DNA of 45,866 nucleotides from Candidatus Competibacteraceae bacterium (GTDB lineage Bacteria > Pseudomonadota > Gammaproteobacteria > Competibacterales > Competibacteraceae): positions 1 to 45,866 of the forward strand of contig JAGRHI010000014.1 of assembly GCA_020445045.1 (NCBI GenBank), written 5' to 3'. This document shows positions 39,219 to 45,866 of the stretch, one piece after another. Positions within the stretch are counted from its first letter, which is position 1; each line of letters begins with the position of its first letter. The position numbers and the translations under genes were made by a program. The notes beneath the pieces are model-generated. The model saw only the letters and a list, made by a program, of their open reading frames with translations. It did not search any database and was not told the DNA's origin.

Positions 39219-42200
39219 ATGAAGCTGATTTTCGAACTGTTTCCCCAAGCGACAAAAGCATGCGTCTTGGGTTCGAGGTCGAGAGCTAGCGCTGTGGTGG
39301 GCCGTGGCGGGCGGATCCTTGGCGCGGGCGTTGCGATGGCCGCGTTCTTGTTCGTTGGACTGTTTGGCCCGGTGGCCGCCCACGCGCAGACAACGCCCTC
39401 GATTATCGCCGTGGCCGAATCGGGCACGGCGACGATGGGCACGGCCAGCACACCGATCGCCAATGTCGCGGCGAACGACACTATCAACGGCCTGCCCGCG
39501 ACCCTGGGCGCGGGCGGCAATGCGACCGTGGCTGAATCCGGTACATGGCCGACGGACATTACCTTGAATACCACGACCGGCGCGGTCACAACGACCGCTA
39601 CCGTCCCCGCCGGCGTCTACAATGTCACTTACCAGCTTTGCGACAGGAACAGCCCGGCAAACTGCAACACCGCCACCGATGTGATCACCGTCAACGCGCT
39701 GGCCACGCTCACCATCACCAAGCTGGCCGTAAACGGTGGCGCGGCTATCCCCTTTACCGTGAGTGGTGGCCTAACGGCGAGTTTCAACCTGAATCCCAAC
39801 CCGCCGTCGACGCCGACCCAGTCACAGGTCTTCACCAACGTATCTCCAGGGCAAGCGATCACCATCACTGAATACGAACCCGCGACCTCGGGCTTCGACT
39901 TGGTGAATATCACTTGTAGCAACGCCAGCGGAGCGCCGACCGGCAGCACGGTGAGCACCAGTATTACCAATACCACCACTACTGGCCAACCGTCTGGCAC
40001 AGCCACCGTGAACCTGGTGCCGGGGGCAAACTTGACCTGCACGTTCACGAACCTTAGGAATCCCACGATTGTCATCGTCAAGGAGGCTATCGGCGGCGAC
40101 AACACCTTCAACTTTGCCGTCTCCGCAACGGCCGGCACCGTGGCGGATCCAAGTATTAACATCACCACCTCTGCTGGAGTAGGCGCCTTCAATACCTCGG
40201 TCAAGTTGACGGGAGGAGTAACCACAACGAACGTGACCTTGACGGAATCCACGCCACCAGCAGGCTATGTGCTGACCGCCCTCGCCTGCACTAATATGAC
40301 CACCGGGGCCCCGGTGGGTACCGTGACCTTGGCGAGTCGTCAGGTCGTGCTCACCGGCCTGGTGGGGGCCGACGAGGTCGGTTGCAAATTCACCAATGAA
40401 ACGAGACGTCTGACCCTGCGCAAAACCTGGGTGAACGGTCGCATCGGCGATGCCATCACCGTCACCACCACGGGTGGCTCGGCAAATGCCACCGTCACTT
40501 CCACCTCCACCGGTAATAACACCACCACCGGCACGACCGTCAACGTGAATACCGGCAATATCACGCTGCCGGCCGAAACCTTCACCACCGGCAGCCAGAG
40601 TAATTACGCCACCACCGTAAGCTGTACCGGCAACGCCACGCCGCTGGCCGGTAGCACGCTGCCGCAGACCCTCACCATCGGTGCGACCGACACCAACGTG
40701 GTCTGTACTTATACCAATACCGGCTCCATTGTCGCCGTGAACGACGGGTTCGCGGTATCGCCGGACGTGAGCGCGGGCGCCACGACCGCCAGCGTGGTGG
40801 CCAACGACACCGTCAACGGTAATGCCGTCACGCTCGGCGCCAACGCCACGCTCAACATCAGCGGGACGGCGCAGGACGGGACGACGACGCTGGGGTTGAC
40901 ATCATCGTCGCCAAACCCGGCCCCGGGCAGCATCACGATGAACGCCGACGGCACCCTCACGGTCGCCCCGAACACCACGCAGGGCAGCTACGACTATGTG
41001 TACGAGATCTGCGCGCTACCAGCCACCACCCCACCGACCTGCGACACGGCCACGGCGACGGTCACCGTCAACGCCACGGTCCCGATTACCCTCGCCAGCG
41101 TCGATTCCCGCCAGGAGGAGGCCGGTCTGTGGGTGCAATGGACCACGGCCACCGAGACCCGCAACGCCGGCTTCCACCTTTACGGCCGCAAGGCGGGCGA
41201 ACCGGATTGGCTACCGCTGACCGCCACCCTGGTCCCCTCCCAGGTGATCGATTCCCTGGAACCGCAACGCTATACCGCCACCTTCCCTGGCGTGATGGCC
41301 GACGAACTGCTGATCGAGGGCTGGGACACCCAGGGCCAGACCGAGCGCCACGGCCCGTTCGCGGTGGGCCGGCAACACGGTTTCGACGCCGTGGCCGCCG
41401 CCAAGTCCTTGGACTGGGCCGCCATCCACGTGGAAAACACGCAAACCGCGCGGCAAACCCAAAAAGCACTGTCACGCGCCACCCGCGCGGCCGAAGGACC
41501 CAATGCCCTGCTGTGGGTGACGGAACCGGGCGTGCAGCGGGTGAGCTTCGACGAGCTGCAAGCAGCGGGCGCTCGCTTCGACGGCGTCGCCATCGCCGAC
41601 TTGGCGCTGACCGACGCGGGCAAAAAGTATCCGCGTCATGTCATCGACGACAACGGCAACGGCCGGTTCGACAGCGGTGACGCCGTCGAATTTCTGGGCG
41701 AAGTCACCCCGACCCTGTACAGCGCCCGCAATGCCTATCGACTGCTGGAGGATCGCGGCCAGGTCCGGGACGCCAACAGCAAGGCGCTCGATCTGAAAAA
41801 CGCGGTGGCCGGCGTGTTCACCGACGACATCAAGGTCGAACAACAGCGCGCCTACAGTTTCGCCGCGCCGGGCAACGATCCCTGGTACGACCAGTGGCTG
41901 TTCGCCCGCGCCAAGCCGGTCCGTCTGGAACGCGCCTTCGATCTGCCCGGCTATGCCGGCGGCGAAGCTCGCCTGACCTTGCGGCACTGGGGGGTCACCG
42001 ACTGGCCGGGCGATGCGCCCGACCATCACCTGATCGTCAAGGTCAACGGCCAGCAGGTCGACGAAGACTGGTTCGACGGCAGCGTGGATGCGAGCCGCAC
42101 CCTCGTTCTGCCGGGGCTAGGGCTGCAATCCACGGGTAACACGCTCACCCTGGAAGCGCCGGGCGACACCGGTTACCTTTATGACATCCAGGCGCTGGAT

Positions 42201-43484
42201 AACTTCAGCGTTCAGTATCCACGCCATACCCAGGCCCATGAGGGCGCTTGGCGGGGCGAACTGCCGTCCGACGCCAAGACGCTGATCACGGGCTTCCAGG
42301 GCGAATCGGTCGCCTGGCGGGACGGCCAGCGCCGAGTTGGCGCGGAGCAACTGATCGTGAACGGCCAAGGTCTCTGGGTGGCCGCCGACAGTCGCGCCAT
42401 CCGTCGCCCGACCATCCAGGCCGACCCCCCCACACCCGCCGCCGCGCCGACCGCCAAGGCGGTGGACTACCTCATCATCAGCCACCCACTGTTCGTCGAC
42501 AGCGCCGCCATGACCGATCTGGTCGCGCTCCAACAAGGCCGAGGCCATCGCACGGCGGTGGTCGATGTCGACACGATTTACGCCGCCTATTCGGACTTCG
42601 AGGTTTCGGCCGACGCCATCAGCCGTTATCTCAAACAGGCCAAGCCTCGCTTTGCCCTGCTGGTCGGCGGCGATTCGAACGACTACCACAACTACCTGGG
42701 ACTAGCCAGCCAGAGCTTCATTCCCACCCACTACGCGCAAACCGTCGCGCCCGTCACCTACGCTCCCGCCGATGGCCGGTATGTCGACTACAACAACGAC
42801 GGCAAGCCGCAGGCGGCGCTGGGGCGGCTGCCGGTTCGCACCGTGGCCGAACTGAGCCAACTGGTGACCAAGCTGGTGAACTACGTTCCACCGACCCACG
42901 CGGTGCTCGGCGCCGGTCCCTCGGATGGCGGGAGTCACCAGTACACCATCATCAGCGAGAGCTACGCCGCGCAACTGCCCGCGACCACCTGGACCGATCA
43001 GCTTGTCGCCGTCGATGATCTGGGGCTGACCGATGCCAAGACCACGCTGAAAACCGAGCTGAATCAGGGCGACGCGCTGATCAGCTACATGGGCCATTCC
43101 AGCTACGCCATGTGGGGCCTGAATGCCAGCGGCATCCTGCTCTCGGCCACTGAGGCACGCCAACTGAGCAACGCCACGCCACTACTGGTCACGCAGTGGG
43201 GCTGCTGGAACACCTACTTTGTCAATCCCAAACAGGACACCATGGCCAATGCCTTCCTGTTCCAATCCCACGGAGCGGCGGCGGTATTGGGCGCCACGGC
43301 ACTGACCGATATCAATATACTCAGCGGGTTGGGTGACGCGTTCTTCCAGCAACTGGGCCAAAGCACTACGTTGGGCGAGGCGTTGCAAGCCGCGCAGCGG
43401 ACCTACCTCAATCAAAATCCCGCCGCGGCCAGCAAGCTGAGGGGCTTCGCCCTGCTCGGCGATCCGGCCGCCGAGGTTCGGTAG
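39219..43484 (+). CDS. Large secreted protein: Thr-rich Ig-like/adhesin repeats plus PorU/gingipain-like C25 cysteine peptidase
   Basis: AGGAG RBS and signal peptide ending AHA-Q. C25 motifs DYLIISHP, VVDVDTIY, LLVG, GRLPVRT, SYMGHSS (His codon 43095-43097), QWGCWN (Cys codon 43203-43205) and LLGDP at the C-terminus. Confidence 0.88.
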   Translation: MKLIFELFPQATKACVLGSRSRASAVVGRGGRILGAGVAMAAFLFVGLFGPVAAHAQTTPSIIAVAESGTATMGTASTPIANVAANDTINGLPATLGAGGNATVAESGTWPTDITLNTTTGAVTTTATVPAGVYNVTYQLCDRNSPANCNTATDVITVNALATLTITKLAVNGGAAIPFTVSGGLTASFNLNPNPPSTPTQSQVFTNVSPGQAITITEYEPATSGFDLVNITCSNASGAPTGSTVSTSITNTTTTGQPSGTATVNLVPGANLTCTFTNLRNPTIVIVKEAIGGDNTFNFAVSATAGTVADPSINITTSAGVGAFNTSVKLTGGVTTTNVTLTESTPPAGYVLTALACTNMTTGAPVGTVTLASRQVVLTGLVGADEVGCKFTNETRRLTLRKTWVNGRIGDAITVTTTGGSANATVTSTSTGNNTTTGTTVNVNTGNITLPAETFTTGSQSNYATTVSCTGNATPLAGSTLPQTLTIGATDTNVVCTYTNTGSIVAVNDGFAVSPDVSAGATTASVVANDTVNGNAVTLGANATLNISGTAQDGTTTLGLTSSSPNPAPGSITMNADGTLTVAPNTTQGSYDYVYEICALPATTPPTCDTATATVTVNATVPITLASVDSRQEEAGLWVQWTTATETRNAGFHLYGRKAGEPDWLPLTATLVPSQVIDSLEPQRYTATFPGVMADELLIEGWDTQGQTERHGPFAVGRQHGFDAVAAAKSLDWAAIHVENTQTARQTQKALSRATRAAEGPNALLWVTEPGVQRVSFDELQAAGARFDGVAIADLALTDAGKKYPRHVIDDNGNGRFDSGDAVEFLGEVTPTLYSARNAYRLLEDRGQVRDANSKALDLKNAVAGVFTDDIKVEQQRAYSFAAPGNDPWYDQWLFARAKPVRLERAFDLPGYAGGEARLTLRHWGVTDWPGDAPDHHLIVKVNGQQVDEDWFDGSVDASRTLVLPGLGLQSTGNTLTLEAPGDTGYLYDIQALDNFSVQYPRHTQAHEGAWRGELPSDAKTLITGFQGESVAWRDGQRRVGAEQLIVNGQGLWVAADSRAIRRPTIQADPPTPAAAPTAKAVDYLIISHPLFVDSAAMTDLVALQQGRGHRTAVVDVDTIYAAYSDFEVSADAISRYLKQAKPRFALLVGGDSNDYHNYLGLASQSFIPTHYAQTVAPVTYAPADGRYVDYNNDGKPQAALGRLPVRTVAELSQLVTKLVNYVPPTHAVLGAGPSDGGSHQYTIISESYAAQLPATTWTDQLVAVDDLGLTDAKTTLKTELNQGDALISYMGHSSYAMWGLNASGILLSATEARQLSNATPLLVTQWGCWNTYFVNPKQDTMANAFLFQSHGAAAVLGATALTDINILSGLGDAFFQQLGQSTTLGEALQAAQRTYLNQNPAAASKLRGFALLGDPAAEVR

Positions 43485-43494
43485 CGGGAGTTAA

Positions 43495-43520
43495 GAGGGT
43501 GGGCAAAAACGCCCACCCTC
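43495..43520. terminator. Stem-loop (terminator-like or REP-like) between the C25 gene and the lasso precursor
   Basis: GAGGGTGGGC-aaaaac-GCCCACCCTC, a 10-bp perfect stem. Confidence 0.55.
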
Positions 43521-43570
43521 CCCCTTAACCCGACAAATCGTAACTACTACCGTCATAGGGTGAATGAGCT

Positions 43571-43744
43571 ATGAGCACAACCAAGAAAACCAATCTTGAG
43601 ATTCCCCTCCGCCAATGTCCGCCCCAGTCAAAGCGCCCTTATTGGACACCGCGTTTGACTTGTTATGGTGATGTTCGGACGATGACGATGGGGGGTAGCG
43701 CTGGTGCAACAGACAGCGGTGACCAGGGTTCCAAAAAACCCTAA
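43571..43744 (+). CDS. Lasso peptide precursor (57 aa), absent from ORF track
   Basis: MSTTKKTNLEIPLRQCPPQSKRPYWTPRLTCYGDVRTMTM|GGSAGATDSGDQGSKKP. Has the YxxPxLxxxG leader motif, Thr at -2, Gly1 and Asp8, and lies directly upstream of the cyclase. Confidence 0.88.
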   Translation: MSTTKKTNLEIPLRQCPPQSKRPYWTPRLTCYGDVRTMTMGGSAGATDSGDQGSKKP

Positions 43745-43782
43745 GATCAATTGGCCTCTTAATCTATCGCGTATCCGCTTTT

Positions 43783-45549
43783 GTGCTGATCCTACAGCGT
43801 GATGGGAGTAGCTTTTGGAAAGCAACAGGGAATCTGTCACTCTCTCCTGCCTGGTATGAACAGGATGGCTTCACCCTGATCCTGAATGGCTATCTTGATC
43901 AGCGGAACCACCTCCATGCCGCGCTGGGACTTTCCCCCGACGCCGCGCAAACGCTGACTGACCCCGCATTAGCCTCGGCAACCTGGCGGCGGTGGGGCGA
44001 AAGCGGGCTGGCTCGCCTGCAAGGTCCCATCGCCTTGGTACTAGCCGACCTGAGCGCTTCTCAACGGCCGCGCATCGTCCTCTATCGAGAGCCTCTGGGC
44101 CGGCGCGGACTGTACTATTTCTCGTCGCCGCAACTCCTGCTGGTCGCCGACGAACCGGCGGCCTTGCTGGCGCATCCGGCGGTTTCCAGCCAGCCCGACG
44201 AGCATTGGCTGGCCGGGCACTTCGCCCTGGCGCGGCCCGCCGACAACCGCACGCCCTTCCGCGACATTCGCAAGCTGTTGCCTGGCGAACGCCTGATCTG
44301 CACGCCCGAGGACATTCGGTTGCACCGGGAACCGCTGGTCTTTGGCCAGCGGACCCTGTTCTATCGTAACGACCAAGACTACGCCGAGCATTTTCGAGTG
44401 TTGCTGGACCAAGCCGTGGCCCGATGCCTGCGCGATAGCGGCGACCGCACTGGGATCATGCTGAGCGGAGGGATGGATTCTGGACCGTTGGCCACCCTCG
44501 CCCAACGCCGGTTGAGTGGCGAGGGACGGGCATTCACGGCCTATTCCTGGTCATTGCCGGATTATCCGAGCGCGGATGAAAGCGCCGAAATCACAGTCTG
44601 CGCCCGTCATGTCGGTTGTGACTTGCAACTGCTGCCCGGTTCGGCCAAGTGGCCGATGCACGATCTGGCGACCTGGCCCGTGAACCCCAATTCGCCCCTT
44701 GCCAATCCTTTTCGCCGCCTCAAGCTCGCGGTCTACCGCACCGCCGCCGCAGATGGATGTCGGGTGATACTGAACGGCAACCTGGGTGATAACTTATATC
44801 CGCACTCAAGCTGCTGCCTGCTGGACGGGTGGCGCAATCGACGTCTTGGGTCAGTGGTGCGCGAGATCGCGCGTATCGTCCAGGCGGGCGGCGTCCTGGG
44901 ACTCTGGCGCGATCCCGCCACGCGCCGCCTCGGCAAGCACCTGCTGGGCTGGCGCAAGACCCGGTCCGTTTCGGCACCAGTTTGGCTCAGCGCCAACGCA
45001 CGACAACTCTGGCGCGAGACCGACAACCCCTGGCCGCCGGAAGCGGCCGATCATGCGCGGCCCGACCACTATCTCGCCGCCCTCGATCAGTGGGCCGCCG
45101 ATGGCGTCAGCGAAGAAGCCTTTTTCGCCAACCGCTGCGGCATCGAGCGGCGCGAGCCGTACCACGACCCCGATCTGATCGACTTCATGCTGTCGGTCCC
45201 GGTCGATCAGTGCTACCGAAACGGCCATACCAAGTGGCTCGCCCGCCAGGCCATGGAGGGGTTATTACCGGAAGCCATCCGCTGGCGCCCGCGCGGGGGC
45301 CTGCTGTACGAATTTTTCGATGCGGGCTTTCGGCGCGAGCACGCCGCGCTCGAACAGCTATTGACGGCGCCCGATGTCGCTTGGCCCGCCTACGTGGATC
45401 ATGGCTGGCTCATGCATGCCCTGAATGCATCCGAACCGAGCGAGAGGGAAAAAATGCTCGTCTGGTATTGCGCCGCCTTCGAGCTGTGGCGCCGGGCGCT
45501 GAGCGGCGAACATCCCGAGCTTCTCCAATTCGCGAATGAAATGGCATGA
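43783..45549 (+). CDS. Lasso peptide cyclase (asparagine synthetase-like isopeptide-forming enzyme, C protein)
   Basis: LSGGMDS ATP-pyrophosphatase loop, NGNLGD, EPYHDPDLIDF and KWLARQAMEGLLP. No N-terminal glutaminase Cys. Adjacent to the precursor; GTG start uncertain. Confidence 0.85.
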   Translation: MLILQRDGSSFWKATGNLSLSPAWYEQDGFTLILNGYLDQRNHLHAALGLSPDAAQTLTDPALASATWRRWGESGLARLQGPIALVLADLSASQRPRIVLYREPLGRRGLYYFSSPQLLLVADEPAALLAHPAVSSQPDEHWLAGHFALARPADNRTPFRDIRKLLPGERLICTPEDIRLHREPLVFGQRTLFYRNDQDYAEHFRVLLDQAVARCLRDSGDRTGIMLSGGMDSGPLATLAQRRLSGEGRAFTAYSWSLPDYPSADESAEITVCARHVGCDLQLLPGSAKWPMHDLATWPVNPNSPLANPFRRLKLAVYRTAAADGCRVILNGNLGDNLYPHSSCCLLDGWRNRRLGSVVREIARIVQAGGVLGLWRDPATRRLGKHLLGWRKTRSVSAPVWLSANARQLWRETDNPWPPEAADHARPDHYLAALDQWAADGVSEEAFFANRCGIERREPYHDPDLIDFMLSVPVDQCYRNGHTKWLARQAMEGLLPEAIRWRPRGGLLYEFFDAGFRREHAALEQLLTAPDVAWPAYVDHGWLMHALNASEPSEREKMLVWYCAAFELWRRALSGEHPELLQFANEMA

Positions 45550-45634
45550 CGCTTTGGCTCCTGCTCAATCGACTCGAACCCGATAAGACGCCCTGCATCC
45601 TCGCCTTTTCAGAGGCGCTTTTGCACGACCTCCA

Positions 45635-45866
45635 TCACTGGCCGCCGTTCCCCACTTCCCGCAGTTGTTGCGCCCACGACTGAGCGTAGCGCCCGCCTCG
45701 CGCCAGCAGCTCGGCGTGACTGCCGGATTCGAGGATGCGGCCCTGCCCCATCACATGAATGACGTCGGCGTGCAGGGCGGTGGTGAAACGGTGGGTGATC
45801 ACCAGGGCGGTGCGGCCGGCGGCCAGATCGCGAAACCGCGTCAGCCAGTCGGCTTCCGCCCAGGAA
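45635..45866 (-). CDS. ABC transporter ATP-binding domain C-terminus (partial), probably a fused peptide exporter
   Basis: Manual translation SWAEADWLTRFRDLAAGRTALVITHRFTTALHADVIHVMGQGRILESGSHAELLARGGRYAQSW...* contains the H-loop ITHR and the E.GSH.EL...G.Y tail. Confidence 0.88.
   Translation of the reverse strand, partial: SWAEADWLTRFRDLAAGRTALVITHRFTTALHADVIHVMGQGRILESGSHAELLARGGRYAQSWAQQLREVGNGGQ

Noticed and set aside
43628-43840. 70-aa minus-strand ORF from the track
   Set aside because: Antisense to the much better supported precursor and the cyclase start.
43783-45549. Annotation as a housekeeping asparagine synthetase AsnB
   Set aside because: Lacks the N-terminal Cys-Gly-Ile glutaminase start and sits directly after a lasso-type precursor.

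Overview
High-GC, probably gammaproteobacterial chromosomal window. The gene content (long-form Pta, PHA-system protein, ExeA-like ATPase) would fit a Competibacteraceae-like organism, but this is inference only. It holds about 33 intact or edge-truncated CDSs and four mobile-element relics (ISAs1, IS256, IS1-like, Rpn-like C-terminus). No rRNA, tRNA or CRISPR array was seen. Left part: transport and housekeeping genes (two MFS, YaiI, TPMT, Sfp-type PPTase, thioesterase, galE). Middle: an IS-relic-flanked pair made of a fused double solute-binding protein and a hybrid kinase; a copA operon coupled to two kinases and a FixJ-like regulator; pncB; pta; and a PepSY/cytochrome b/two-component cluster. 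The best candidate for an undescribed system is at the right end (39.2-45.9 kb). There a secreted PorU/gingipain-like C25 peptidase with adhesin-like repeats is followed by a 57-aa lasso-peptide precursor missing from the ORF track (43571-43744, predicted core GGSAGATDSGDQGSKKP), a lasso cyclase and a convergent ABC exporter. Also notable: an intact FadD homologue with substitutions at key residues of three catalytic motifs, a doubly degenerate nucleotidyltransferase/phosphoglycosyl-transferase fusion, and a 26-aa coupled smORF after copA. All family assignments come from motif recognition by eye; no searches were run.
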